Source: Diplonema japonicum
Lineage: Eukaryota > Protista > Euglenozoa: Diplonemea
DNA length: 64,000 nucleotides
Assembly (NCBI GenBank): GCA_964019335.1
Contig: OZ025691.1
Coordinates: 186,001 to 250,000, forward strand
Direction of reading: 5' to 3'
Shown here: in pieces, positions 46,312-58,744 of the stretch
How positions within the stretch are numbered: the first letter of the stretch is position 1
Layout of the letters: each line of letters starts with the position of its first letter
Notes under the pieces: model-generated
What the model was told of the DNA's origin: nothing
The model's input: only the letters and a program-made list of their open reading frames with translations
Databases searched by the model: none
Made by a program: the position numbers and the translations under genes

Positions 46312-48094
46312 CCCATAACACTCCAAGGCGCAAATATTTGTCGTTTTGAAAAATCGTTTTTTTCTCTAAGTACTTTTTCGTCCCCACGACCCCTGGATCT
46401 CCAAGAACGACTATAGTGAGGAGTTATTTTCAACTGCAATTCATGTTGCACTGCATCACTTTACCTTGTTATCCACCCACCAAGTGGGTCCCAAATCCGA
46501 GTGGATAGGCGAAAAAACGCAAAATAACGGGTGTGCAGACTGTGTCCAAAAAACGCAAAGGTAAAGCCAAAACAGCTACGGACGAGGTCCAACCTTCATG
46601 GGTAAGGGAGTTGGTACCCATAGAGACCATAAAATAGGCCGGTGGGGGGGAAAAAAGCTGTCCCGTGGTACGCAGAAACCTGACGACGCAAAATGATTAT
46701 TCCTTCGGTTTTTTTGATAAGAAGTTCACAGACGTCATCCAAGAAGAGACAAACAAGCATAAGGACGCTGAGATTGATAAGATTTCGACCCAGGACTCCA
46801 CCGCTTTCTCGGATTGAGCATTATAATGGGTTTGCGGCGTGCCCAGAATTAGCAAACGTATTGGTCCACAGGACCCATGAAAATCCCCCTTTTCAGTAAC
46901 ACGAAGCCCAGGAGACGCTACCAGGAAATTAAAAGTAGCCTCCACTTCACTCACACAGAAGAGTCAAACGGTGATGTGTTGTGGAAGACACGAGGGTTTC
47001 TGGACAGAATTGGTAACAAGTGGGCAAAAACAGCAGTGCCAGGAAAATATTTAAGCATTGACGAGACACTCGTACCTTCACGGGGCAATTGGGGGGGCTT
47101 GGGGTCTACTGTCCTCTCAAGCGTAAGAGATATGGCATAAAAATATACTGCCTAAACTGCGTGAGCACGGGTTATCTTTCGCGTTTTCACATCCACGCCA
47201 CCAAAATCAAGGGGCACGCACTTGAAGATTTCAGTGTCGTGGAAAAGGTGGTGCTGGGGTTAACGGGGAATTTTCGGGGAACGACAACACGGTAGTTTGC
47301 AATAACTACTTTTCGACTGTGGGTCTGGCCGAAGCCCTGTGAAAAAACTGTGAGGGGGCTTGCATTTCGTTGGAGTGTTGCGGACTCTTCTGGTGGGCCC
47401 TAGAAGTGACAATAGTTAACTGCCTTGCACTTTAAATAAAATATGGTTAGGGTTCAGCCAAAGAGATACAAAACCCTGGCTGCTTTTAAAGAGCGCTTTC
47501 GAGAGAGCCTAAATGATGGGTCCAGCGTTGCAAAAACACCACTCCCGGCACCCAACTAGTGGAGCACACACACCCGACACCCCAGATTACACCAAACGTG
47601 GCCACCAACCACTCAAAGGGGGCAACTCCAGGTTCTGCAGGTTGAAAGGATGACACAAAACGCACAATCTACAAATGCTACACCTGTAACCAACACCTCT
47701 GTCCAAATAAGTGCTTTTTTCGTACCACTCTTCCATCACCCCAAAAAGGCTTCTTGACGATTTCGAGGCCGATATTCCACCCGCAAATAGGCACTTCTCT
47801 CGGTCTGAGACATCTGAGGGGTCCTGATGCTGCTTTTTTTGTCCCAAGATGCTCAATTTACACCCCCCCGTGCACAACCCATTTTGACATGGTCGTTTTT
47901 GAGCACCCTACGGCCGTTCAACTCTTCATCCCCTTTGTATTTTTATTAATTTTTGAGCTTTTTTTTAAATTTTCCTGGTCCAAAAAACCCGTTTTACCTG
48001 CAAACGGGGGTTAAATGCTGCCATTTTCCCCGTCAAATTATGAAAAGGGGCAAAAAAGGGACCCCTATGTAGATAGGCCCCGGAGTGTTATGGG
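46312..48094 (+). mobile_element. Decayed piggyBac transposon
   Basis: TTAA TSDs (46308-46311, 48095-48098) and perfect 13-bp TIRs CCCATAACACTCC/GGAGTGTTATGGG. Transposase remnants RYQEIKSSLHF, LSIDETLVP.RG, KRYGIKIYCL and VCNNYFS are broken by frameshifts and stops. Confidence 0.92.
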
Positions 48095-48156
48095 TTAAAT
48101 AAAATTTTTACAGAGGGGGATAAAAAAAAAAAAACAAACAAAAAAAGAAAAAAAAA

Positions 48157-49422
48157 ATGAGACGAGGCACGTCCCACCGAGGGAAGGAAGGCGGGACGAC
48201 ACTATGCGTCGGGGTTTTCCTATCTGTGGTGTTCGGGTTGGTGTACAGCTATGGAGCAGGCCAGGCAAAGACGCAAGGGCTGCAAGCTGCCTTTATGATC
48301 AGACAAGCAAACGCGGCAGCAAGAGGGATGATAATGGAGTGTAAGAAAGAGGTTATGGACGCTACATCCGGCGAGCATGGATTCGCGTGGAGTGGTGAAG
48401 AGGCTGAACAACTTGCAAAGCGCAACAAAGCAATCGAGGCAGAGAGCGAAGACATCTACAAACAGAACAACGAATGGGAACAACGATCGGCAAACTGCAG
48501 TGAAAGAATCTACATGCTCAAAAAGAAAATCGGAGAGGAGGCTGTAAACGCAAAGAAACTGGAATCTCTCGAAGCTACATCACGCGAGCTCATTGAGAAA
48601 ACCAGACGTCTTTCCGGAACAAACGGAATGCGCACCATTCTTCTCCGGCATAATTTAAAGCGTTTAGCTGCCGAGATGAATCTATTCCACAAGTCCCTCA
48701 ACATGCCTGTTGTTGACACCAACAACCCTGCATTCCTCGACGGGCTCGTCGCAAAATGGCGGGGTATCAACTCCAGCAAAATGAACATCGGCGGCACCAT
48801 CATGCCGCAAGACTATACAGAAAAATGGTCCAGCTTCACAAACCTCGCAACTCCCTACGACCCCGACATCGACGCAAAACACATTTTTTTCCCCACAAAA
48901 ACTGCGGATGGTGAATACGTAATACCAGGCTGGCTTGGCAGACATGGGACACAAGACCTCCGGCACGGTACCTTCGTTGGGTCTACATATATGCCAGTTT
49001 CTGATATTAACAAACAGATGCGTACGTTGTACGACTACGCAATCTGTGCCGTGGGGCTCAACATCACGAAGTTTATGTACCCAACGTCGTTCAAGTCGTG
49101 TAAGGTGTGCCCTCCCGAGCAGCTCCACACGTACATCGAAACGCCTGTGGTCCTTTTCTGTGATGACTGTCTGCCGCAGCACCACTCAAACGAGTTCAAA
49201 ATGCTGTGTCAGGGGTATCTTGACCATGAACAGTACGGGTCTGGTCTGTTCTGGCGTGCAAGATCCCGCTTGCGGTTTAAAGGCCGTTTTATGACGGCTG
49301 CCGAGAAATGGATGGCCGCAAACGATTTCGGACAGACAAAAAATACCCTCGCGGTACGAATCCCGCGATCCGAGGCTTTTACGAACCTTTGTGGTATGAT
49401 TTTTTTTTTTTTTGGGGGAGGG

Positions 49423-49463
<41 letters not shown>

Positions 49464-49659
49464 CAGAATCCGATTCTTTAAAAGAGACCCAAGCATACAC
49501 TTATCTTCTGAAACACAAAGCCTTGGATTCTGGAGCCCGGGATTCTAAATGCCTGCCCCCTTGGGGCATTATCATCTCCACTATTAAGCAGTACCTTGAG
49601 AGGCACGAAGGGCACCAGGTCTACGTGTCGACTGACTGTACTGAGAAGGTATGGTGGAT

Positions 49660-49695
<36 letters not shown>

Positions 49696-49855
49696 TTTTT
49701 TTTCTTAGGAATGGACTCACTTGCAAGAGCACATCCCGGTGCCTTTGTTCAGAAGGCATGGAACAGGGAAGCTGTCGGAGGACAGCGTGATAGATACCTT
49801 CATTTGTGCGGCTTCGAACCACCTTATTGTCAACAGGTACTGTCAACACTACGGG

Positions 49856-49894
<39 letters not shown>

Positions 49895-49975
49895 TACGAT
49901 AAAAAATCGACGTTGATCGCAGAAGCCTTCATGTTGAACAACAAATTGCGCACGAGAAACATAACAGTTTGGTAG
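48157..49975 (+). CDS. Type II membrane O-fucosyltransferase-like (POFUT2/O-FucT fold) protein, 4 exons
   Basis: N-terminal TM plus coiled-coil stem. Introns 49394-49466, 49649-49708 and 49837-49893 restore LAVRIPRSEAF...VYVSTD...KE...VIDTFICAAS. Confidence 0.72.
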
Positions 49976-50477
49976 ATAGGAAATAAAAAGGAGAAAAAAA
50001 AAGAAGAAGAAAGGAAGGACCCCCCTCCCCCCCTCCGAGTTTTTCCTCGTTTCTTTTTTCTTTCTAATTATTAAGTCCCACAACCCACACCCACCACACG
50101 GTTCAACAAGAGGAGATTAGGTTATCTTTAATAATTTCTCTCCCTGTATTTTTTTTTTCTTTTTTCTTTTTTCCTGTTTTTTTTTCTTTTTCTTTTTGTT
50201 TTTCAGCAATATTTTATTGTCGAGACTTTAAAAAAAAAATGAAGGGGGGGAACAAAAAAAAAATCTAGTTGATGGCAGCGTAAAAAAAAAAAAACTGAGT
50301 TATATTTTTATTATTTATTATTTTAGCTTCATTTCAGCTCATGCCTACGAATACAAAATGAACCCCCCCCCCCCCCCCCAGACTAGAACAACTCCCTCCC
50401 CCTTTCCCCCCTCCCTCTGTTACAACCTCTATAACAACTATTTCAATCGAAGAAGACAGCAACAAAAAAAAAAAAAA

Positions 50478-52010
50478 ATGTCCTCAGAAGACGAAGAAGT
50501 CCGTAGGCTACTCTCTGACGAAACAAAACGAATCAGCGAAGCACTAGGAAACGCCATCTGCGAGGGACAGGAAACCCTGGACAGGATCCTCAGTGTCGCG
50601 GAAGAGATCAAAACAAGCAACGTCTACGACATCACATCGGGGGTACTATCCGATTGGGGCGACAAAATCCACGAAATGGTGAGAGACACAAAGCGCAAAT
50701 TATCGGACGTAACACAACAAAGCATCCAGATACAGCCAAGCACCAGCGACACCTTAGTAGCAACATTGAAAAACGCATGCTCGTTAGTTCAAGCAAAGCG
50801 GGCCCAGGTTACATTTATGAAATCCCTGGGTAAGGAATCGTCATCATCGCCCAAGTCTCCCACGGCGACGGTCTTAATACAACCACAACCCCCTTCTTCG
50901 ACTCCTTCTCTGATCATCCCGGGGGTTTTCAAGAAGAATCGTGTTGCGAGTGATATCGATTTGTTCAGAGTCCCTTCTCTTCCGACGACGACTTCACAGC
51001 GTCCACCTCCAACCGAGGGCAAGAAATCGATCTCGGTACTGTCGCGTCTTCTGTCCAACGGAAGCTCTCGGCATTCCACAATGAACACGGGTCATCCCGG
51101 GAATTTTGCTACTTGTGCGCAGTATTTAACAGCGTCCATCAATTTGCTTCTTGAAGCTCTCGTTCAGACGGTCCATGCAGAACGTGGGGTTATCTTCAAG
51201 TACATAGAAGCAAAAGACGAGCTTCAAGCTGTAGCATGTTTAGGAACGGGTCTCCCTGCCGCTTCGCAAATTCGAATACCTCCTTCAGCGGGGCTTGTCG
51301 GGACTGTGTTTTCATCACGCGTCGCCGTGAACATCATCACCTCGCACATTGCACGGGAAACGCTTGGGTTTAAATGCTCCGGTGTGCTGTCTTTGCTGTC
51401 GCTTCCCGTGCTCGGGACAGGTGAAATGTGCAAAGGTGTTGTGTTGTTTCTGAATAAGCACAAGGGGTTGTCACCGTTCACACCGAAGGACGAGACAAAG
51501 GTGTTCCCTTGTCTTGACCAGGTTGCGTACTTATTGAACAGGTACCCTATAGAGTTCGAGAAATTCGACCCGCTCCCGTTCCACACCGTGGTTCCGTTCA
51601 AACCATCGGAGCTAAGCCAAGAGTTGTCCACAAAAAGCCAAGACGCTAACGAAAAATGCATGGAACGACGGTTAGTGTTCAGAACACAACAACAAGGCAA
51701 ATATTTACGAAAGAACCTCATCACCGCCAATGCCGAAGAGGCACAGCCTCCTTCTGCTTTGAAGGATGTAACCCAGTATGTCACGAACCTGGAGCAGTGC
51801 TGGGACGAAACGGTGAAGTCGCTCATGAAGGCGGAGGTGTCGATCAACGTGTACTCAGAACAGACACGTGCCATGAGGGAGGAGATGCGGCAGAAGACGA
51901 AGAAATTGCAGATTTTGAAGGAGCTCGCCAAGAAACACGCCGAGGAAAACATGCGGTTGACCGCGGTCGTGAAGGAGCTGCAAAAAACAAAAGCGGAGCC
52001 GGAGTCATGA
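50478..52010 (+). CDS. GAF-domain coiled-coil protein
   Basis: AERGVIF..DEL..IRIP..GLVGTV..VNI..LSLLSLPV..GVVLFLNK..FT.KDE is a GAF signature. C-terminal coiled coil. Confidence 0.82.
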   Translation: MSSEDEEVRRLLSDETKRISEALGNAICEGQETLDRILSVAEEIKTSNVYDITSGVLSDWGDKIHEMVRDTKRKLSDVTQQSIQIQPSTSDTLVATLKNACSLVQAKRAQVTFMKSLGKESSSSPKSPTATVLIQPQPPSSTPSLIIPGVFKKNRVASDIDLFRVPSLPTTTSQRPPPTEGKKSISVLSRLLSNGSSRHSTMNTGHPGNFATCAQYLTASINLLLEALVQTVHAERGVIFKYIEAKDELQAVACLGTGLPAASQIRIPPSAGLVGTVFSSRVAVNIITSHIARETLGFKCSGVLSLLSLPVLGTGEMCKGVVLFLNKHKGLSPFTPKDETKVFPCLDQVAYLLNRYPIEFEKFDPLPFHTVVPFKPSELSQELSTKSQDANEKCMERRLVFRTQQQGKYLRKNLITANAEEAQPPSALKDVTQYVTNLEQCWDETVKSLMKAEVSINVYSEQTRAMREEMRQKTKKLQILKELAKKHAEENMRLTAVVKELQKTKAEPES

Positions 52011-52156
52011 TTTACATCATCAACGTCGGCCCCTGTACCCCCCCATCCCCTCCCCCACTTGCTTCTTGATTGAGGGAAAAAAAATTTTTTTTTTGGGCTT
52101 CCTTTTGTATATGCACGCTTTTTTTTTCCAGCATTCAAAAAAAAAGAAAAAAAAAA

Positions 52157-52595
52157 ATGGCAGAGGACGCTGCGAAGGGAACGCATGTTGACCCGGTATG
52201 AGGGGGGGGGAAAAAAAAAGAGAGGGAAACAAAAAAAAAAAGATTTTTTTATACCCTACTACAGTTCAACCTCGGGTGGACGGAGGACCTCGGGAGGCCA
52301 GAACACGTGAAAGCAACAAAGATGGACGCACAGCGAATTGAGATGATTAGAATTTTACACAAAGCCACCTTTCCGGTGAGGTACCAAGATAAATTTTACG
52401 ATGGCCTGTACAGGCAAGCGGACCGCTGGTCATTTCTGGCAGAGTACCAAGGGATGTTGGTAGGTGCGGTGTGTTGTCGATTGGAAGCGCAAAATGACAA
52501 TAGGGTCTACATAATGACCTTGGGTGTCCTGGAGCCTTACCGGAGAATTGGGATAGCGAAGTTCCTGCTCCGAAAGGCTATGAAAAATGTATGGG

Positions 52596-52631
<36 letters not shown>

Positions 52632-52801
52632 GTGAAACACCCGAAGTAAAATCCATGGCACTTCACGTACAAACCACAAACCAGCTCGCCCTTGAATTTT
52701 ACAAACAAATGGGCTTTGTGGTGCACAGCACTATCGAGAATTATTATTCCACTCTTAAGGATAACAAAGCTTATCTCCTTGTGAAGGACATGAAGCCTTA
52801 G
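52157..52801 (+). CDS. GNAT N-terminal acetyltransferase, Naa50/Naa60-like, 3 exons
   Basis: FPVRY.DKFY, VGAVCCR, YIMTLGVLEPYRRIGIA, LHVQTTN..A..FY..GF, NYY. Introns 52196-52264 and 52589-52627. Confidence 0.9.
52589..52627 (+). other. Minimal poly(A) intron GTATGGG(A)31G
   Basis: Removal joins KAMKN|ACETPEVKSMALHVQ and deletes a poly-Lys insert from the GNAT fold. Confidence 0.85.
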
Positions 52802-53376
52802 ATTAAATTCAAAAAAAAATTATTTTTTAAAAAAAAATATTAAGATAGTGTGGCGCTTGAAAAGTGTGTTACGAGAGGATGGAAGAAAGAAGAGGAAGAA
52901 AAAGAGAACGAAAAAAAAAAAAGAGGGGGGGAAATGAGGAGGTAACTAACAATTCTCCCACATCATTGTGATTTTTTTCTCTTTTTGAAAGAGTGGCAGA
53001 AAAAAAAACGAAGAAGAAACCCCCCCATTTAATTATTTTTTTATTATAAATCACTTCTTTTTTCCCCCTTTTCTAAGACATAAAATATTCTTCTTTTTGT
53101 TGTTTTTTTTTTTGTGGGCCGTTGCTAACCACTTCGTTTCCTATCATAGTGAATTTTATTTTTGAAAAAAAGAGGGAATGTTATTATTTTTTTTTCCCTC
53201 TTATTCACCTTCTAACTTCTTCTTCTTCTTTTTTTTTTATCTTGTAAAAAAAAAAAAAAAAGCACCCAAATAAAAACCCGATTTAAAAAAAAGGGGGGAG
53301 AGGAGGAGCGGGTCTGACGAGGCCAAGAAAAAAAAAAAAGTAAAATTAAAATAAAAGAAAGAAGAGAGACTCTATT

Positions 53377-55154
53377 ATGTTCAGTCAGGAAGCCATGGCC
53401 AATGGCCAACAAATGTATGTTTTTTAAAAAAAAAAAAAAAGAAGAAAAAAAACAGAGCTGACGCAATGGTGTCAGCAATGAGAGACATGTTGAATATCAC
53501 TGAGGAGCAGGCTATGGAATTTGTTCATAGTATGTGGAGGGGAAAAGGGGGAGAAAACAAAATTACTACAGGCTCTTACCAACCTGGCAGCACTGTGAGC
53601 AGAGTAGTGGAAAAGCTGATGCAGACAATTTGCACCCTGCTCGCCGTTCCTCCTGTTCGGATGAAGAAGACGGGTGAGAAGAACTACACCCGGCCAGGCA
53701 TGCGGCTGCTTGCTGACCGAGCGAAGTTTCATGGCCGTGTGAAGGCCTTGGAGCGTGCGGAGATCCCTGCTGGTGTGCTAGATCAGATCTACCCCTTGGT
53801 GCAGATGCTTGCGATGGTCCCCATAGGTGTTGACATCCCGAGGGCGGGGCTCGTTTTGCGGGAATGGTGCATTTCGGCCTCTGATTTCCACGGTGCCAAG
53901 GCAAGGGGTCCTGCTGAGGCGGCTGCTCTTGAACGCCTATTCCAATCCAGGATGAAGGTCATTCGCGGTGGTGGCATCGCCAGCATGCCTGCGCAGTCTC
54001 CACGCTCCAAGCACTCCCCCGGCCCCGTCTCTCCAAGCACTACTAATAGGTACATTCCACCCCCCCCTTCGCAGATACCCCTCCCCGTCCACACCCACGC
54101 CCTCACTCCCCAGTCGCAGATCCAGCCTCCTCTGTCGCCTCAGACACAGATGTCTGTTTCGCATTATGACCCCCTCTCGCCCACCGAGGCCCCACTCTCT
54201 CCACTCCAGCAGTCGTCTGTGAGGTCGCCCCGATCCCCGCGGTCACCTCGATCCCCACGGTCGCCTCGAAACGAGTCCCCTCAGGTCAACAAGTACGGTG
54301 GCGTCACACATGTCGGCGGCACCTGGGCGCGCTCCCCCACAGGCAGGGACCCGCTGAAGAGAAGGTCCACATCGCAGCCGAAGAAGTCGCCCCGCATGCA
54401 GTCGCCGAGGACACAGTCGCCCGTGAGGTCGATGAGCCCTTCTATGGAACGGGAAGCTCAGGCCCCGTACAATGTGCGCAATGTGCAGGAGGGTGTGGAG
54501 GGGTATGTCCCGCAGATGGCCGTGTCGCCTACAGGGTATAGATCGGTGTACCCAGAGAGCCCTGCGGTGGGGTTGCCACCTCTGCCTCCTCCGTCGCCGA
54601 CGGTGGACAGGCTGCCGATGGCAATGGTGACGTCGGACCAGCACAAGACAAAGGTGGTGCGAGAGATGACCAGCCACGAGTTGGACATGCTTGGCAAGCT
54701 GGGGGACGTGACGGAGCCGGGGTACAACGTGATGGCAAAGCTTGGGGTACCTGATGGCAGGTTGGACTTTGCTGCCTCGCACACCATAGAGGATGCAGGG
54801 CATGTGGTCTCACGGTCGCCGCCTGCATCTCCACCGCAGGCACAGCTACCCGTCGCAGCCTTACAGGAAATATCCCCTGGACTGGGCGCCATCTCACCGA
54901 CACTGGGCGCAGCAGCTAGCCCCATGCCCCAAGATGAACTGCGTCTGTGGCTCAGCATGCGTCGGCTGGACAAGTACACTGATCTCCTGCAGCAGAACGG
55001 GATCGTGTCTCTGCAGCACCTTATGGTCGCTGATGAAAGGCAGCTCTCTGTTCTCCCCATAGGTATGAAAAGGGTAGAACCATAAGTGACTTTATAAATA
55101 ACAGGACCCAAGCGCAAACTCCTCGCTTACATCTCTGGGAAGCTCCGTCCTTGA
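53377..55154 (+). CDS. Ser/Pro-rich protein with C-terminal SAM domain, 3 exons
   Basis: Introns 53415-53455 and 55063-55104. The second restores the SAM terminus LPIG|PKRKLLAYI after WL....LDKY...L..NGI..L..L. Confidence 0.85.
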
Positions 55155-55733
55155 GTTAATCACTCCCCCCCCCCCCCCCCCCTTCCTTCTTCTTCTTTTT
55201 TTGTAAATTTTATTAGAACTTTCTTTTGTGTCTTTTTTTTAATTATCGTACTAACCCTGGTACGCAATCTGTCCCCCCCCTTTTTTTTTTAACTGCAAAA
55301 AAACTTGTTTTTCCTAAAATGATTTTAGTTTATGCAATTTGTGCCGAGCAAAGAAACCTCTATTTTTTTTTTCTTTTTTTCTTTTTTCTTTTTTTTTTTT
55401 TTTTTTTTACTCGTGCGAGCATCTAACACATAAGTCATTAAGAGTTTTTTTTTTTCTTCTTCTATCTCCTCCGGGGGGGGGAGAGGAGGGATGGTATTTA
55501 TTTAAGCAATAAAAAAAATCCCATTTTTCCTTTTCTCCCCTCCCCCTCTTTTTTTTTTTTTTTAAATGTCTCTTTTTTTTTTGCTGTTGTATGTATTTCC
55601 TCCCCCCCCCCCCCCCCCCTCCCCCTTTCAACCCCCTGTTCCCCCCCCCCCCCGTGTTTTTTATATCTTCGCAAACTTTAAAAAAAAAAAAAAAACGGGC
55701 GAAAAAAAGGAGGGGGGGAGGCAGCGACAAACA

Positions 55734-57281
55734 ATGGGTACCGATAAAAGAGAAAACGGCCCGTGCTTCACCCTGAGTCTGGTGAGGTTAAACGCATCGC
55801 ATACATTCTACTGTTTGTGCTTAATAGGAGCAATGGGAATGATTCTGGTGGGCGTCGCAGGTTGGACGACAGCCCAAGACCCGCAAGAAGAAACAGGCGA
55901 CTGCACCGTCTCAGGACCAGGTTTTTGCGAGTGCCAGGAGTATAAGAAGTCAGGTGCAGGGGTACTGTGCGAAAGATTCCAAGCCGCCTTTGAAAGTGTC
56001 GTGTTCAACGGCGATGTTCACACCAACTTAAGATGCGTCCTGAAAATGGGCGGGGGCAGCATGCCGGGATGTCTAGACACTACCTTCACCTACCAAGGGG
56101 TCAACCGGACCTTGGCCGACCCGCAATTCCCAAACCCTTACAGGTGCAAGCTGAACAAAGACACCTTCAACTGCTTCCCCGTTTCGGAGTCGCTTCACAA
56201 CAACGGTTCGACGCAGTACTACGGGCTCATCGTCGGTGGGTCCGTCTGGGCGTTCGTTTCATTATGTGTTCTCTGCATCGCACTGGGTTTGGAAGCACAG
56301 CGACGATCAGCGAAACACACCAAACTCATAGATGATATCGATGAAGAAGAGAACGACCCACATCCAATGTTCAACACCGAACGGCAAGGCTGCTTCCTCA
56401 AAGACGATAATGTCGCTGTGGTGCACAACAACGAGTGGGTCTCCGGCAGGGTCACAGGACGGAACGGGACAAGCTACGACATCGAAGTTTCTGGAAGCAC
56501 GCTCCCAAATGTCGACAAGAGAAAAGTCCGCTCTGCCGGGTTCAAACTAGGAGGCTGGGTCGTTGCCTCTGAAAAGATAACAATCGAGGGAACCGATCCT
56601 AACGTCCAAATCGAAGAAGGCCTTCTAGGCGTTGTTACAAAACTCGATTCTCAAAACTCAATCGAAGTATGTATTGGAGGCAATGTCTTCGTCCCCAGCC
56701 CTGGCCAGGTCATGCCGACACCCCCTGTTCGCCGTGGCCACAAGGTAGAGGTCAACACCAACGCCAGCCAAGAGATCTGGGAAGAGGGTACTGTTGAAGG
56801 TGTTCATGGCGATGGTATACTGCTCGTTACCAAGCAGTCGGGTGGTACTCCAAAAGCTTTTAACTGGGTCAGAAGGCCTTCTGGTATTGTGGTTGAGACG
56901 CTGCCGGATCCTGAGATGCCTGAAGTGCCTTCTGCTTTTATCTTTGTGGACCCTGATCACCATCTGGCACCTACTGTTATGAGTAAAGAGGAGGTTTGCT
57001 TGTACGGAGGTGTGCGTGCAGTTGCTAAAGATCTCGCTGAGTACCGATCTGCGCCAGCGGGTAAGGTGCTTGTGTCTGCTGCGCTGCTCACCTCGTCCCA
57101 CCTCGCGACTCACCATCTTGTGCGGTCTGAGCGAAAGAAGCTCGACCGCATCCTGCACCAACCGGGTGCCCTCCCTTCTCGCGAGCAGCCTCCCCATTCT
57201 CCTTCCCCCATGTCTCGCCGCCCTTCCCTTTCACCGGCATCTCAGGTGCCACCCATTTCTCCGAGGACGGAACCTTACTAG
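55734..57281 (+). CDS. Two-TM protein with Cys-rich loop and cytosolic SH3/Tudor-like repeats
   Basis: Two hydrophobic helices flank a Cys-rich segment. W..G.V beta-barrel-like motifs and a Pro-rich tail follow. Confidence 0.75.
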   Translation: MGTDKRENGPCFTLSLVRLNASHTFYCLCLIGAMGMILVGVAGWTTAQDPQEETGDCTVSGPGFCECQEYKKSGAGVLCERFQAAFESVVFNGDVHTNLRCVLKMGGGSMPGCLDTTFTYQGVNRTLADPQFPNPYRCKLNKDTFNCFPVSESLHNNGSTQYYGLIVGGSVWAFVSLCVLCIALGLEAQRRSAKHTKLIDDIDEEENDPHPMFNTERQGCFLKDDNVAVVHNNEWVSGRVTGRNGTSYDIEVSGSTLPNVDKRKVRSAGFKLGGWVVASEKITIEGTDPNVQIEEGLLGVVTKLDSQNSIEVCIGGNVFVPSPGQVMPTPPVRRGHKVEVNTNASQEIWEEGTVEGVHGDGILLVTKQSGGTPKAFNWVRRPSGIVVETLPDPEMPEVPSAFIFVDPDHHLAPTVMSKEEVCLYGGVRAVAKDLAEYRSAPAGKVLVSAALLTSSHLATHHLVRSERKKLDRILHQPGALPSREQPPHSPSPMSRRPSLSPASQVPPISPRTEPY

Positions 57282-57321
57282 ATTTTTGCAATTGAAGAAA
57301 TAGAAAAGTGTTTTTCATTAT

Positions 57322-57357
<36 letters not shown>

Positions 57358-57708
57358 AGTTTGAGTTTTTTTTTTTTTAAAACAACGTACACGGGTCCAC
57401 CAAATAACTTTTTTTTTTTTTTTTTTTCCCACCCAAGTCTGTAAGCAGAATTTCCCACCACTGTTTACGGTATCCCACAACTTTTTTTTTTCCACCGTCC
57501 ACTGCGAAGTCTTTGTTCGCTTCAAAGCAGTTATCGGTGCCAGGTGGCCTCCTTATACTCTCGGACAGGCAGAAAGGCCTCGGAAAGGTCCAGAAGGAGT
57601 TCACGGAGTTCCTTCACTTTTGCTCTTTCCTGTGTAGAAACTTTAAAAAAGTCGGGAGTACTCAGAAGGGCAAAAGCTCGCTTAATTAAGGTGCTTTGCT
57701 GTGTGCGG

Positions 57709-57742
<34 letters not shown>

Positions 57743-57854
57743 TTATGCTACGACATCATGTTTTTTTTGCTCCCCTTGCTACATTTCATGAGGCATAAAA
57801 ATGTCAGAGGTTACCGTAGACGGGAAAAAAGTTATTTGGTTACCGTGTACGTTG

Positions 57855-57900
<46 letters not shown>

Positions 57901-57992
57901 GTTCCAATATTGTTTTTTTTTTTTTTCTTCTTTTTTTTTCGTTCTACTGTAAAACGAGAAAAAAAAAATTCGTCAGAAAAGAAAGTGAAGAA

Positions 57993-58575
57993 ATAACTAT
58001 TTATTGCCAACAAATTATGAGTCATTATTTAACTCGAGTTCCCGAATTTTTTGCACGAGGGCCCTGCGGGCCCTCGTGCAAAAAAACGGGTAACGAGAGT
58101 TAAATAATGGCTCATTTGGCGGCAAGTAAGTCGTTTTATTTCACTCTTCGTCATTTGAGTCACTCACTCTTCACTGCTTTCACTGCTTTCACTGCTGTTT
58201 TTTTTCACGCAGGTCAGCCTTTTTGGGGAGTTTTTTAAGGTAATATGGGGTTGCTATTTCGCCGTGGCATTTAAAGGGGAAGTAAGGCACTTATTCCCAC
58301 TTTTAAGGGCTGGAATGGCCTCAGATGGCCAAAAATAGTCAAAATACGCCCACCCCAAAAAAAATTTTCAAGGGGTTGGGTGCATTTTTTTCCACGGCGA
58401 GACTCATTTTTCCACTCTAAAGGGCCATTATTTCACTCTGAAGGGCCATTATTTAACTGCAAAATCTCATTATTTAACTAGTTAAATAATGGCGATTTCG
58501 CGTTAAATAATGGCCATTTCGCGTTAAATAATGAGGCCCCTAGTGAGTGAAGAAAATGACGAAGAGTGAAATAAA
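57993..58575. mobile_element. Crypton-like non-autonomous hairpin element, family 1 copy B
   Basis: Same palindrome (centre 58065-58067). Second IR pair TTTTATTTCACTCTTCGTCATTT / AAATGACGAAGAGTGAAATAAAA. Confidence 0.75.
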
Positions 58576-58744
58576 AAAAATTTTTTTTTTTCGTTTTACA
58601 AAAAGTTCATTACTTTGGCAAAAAAAAAAAAAAAAAAAAGATGAAGTCCAAGTGTCTTTTTTTTTTTCTTCTAATTCTCAGTTTTTACCCCCGTTTTTTT
58701 TTTCCCCCCCAAACTGTCCTGGAAAAAAAAAAAAAAATAATAAT

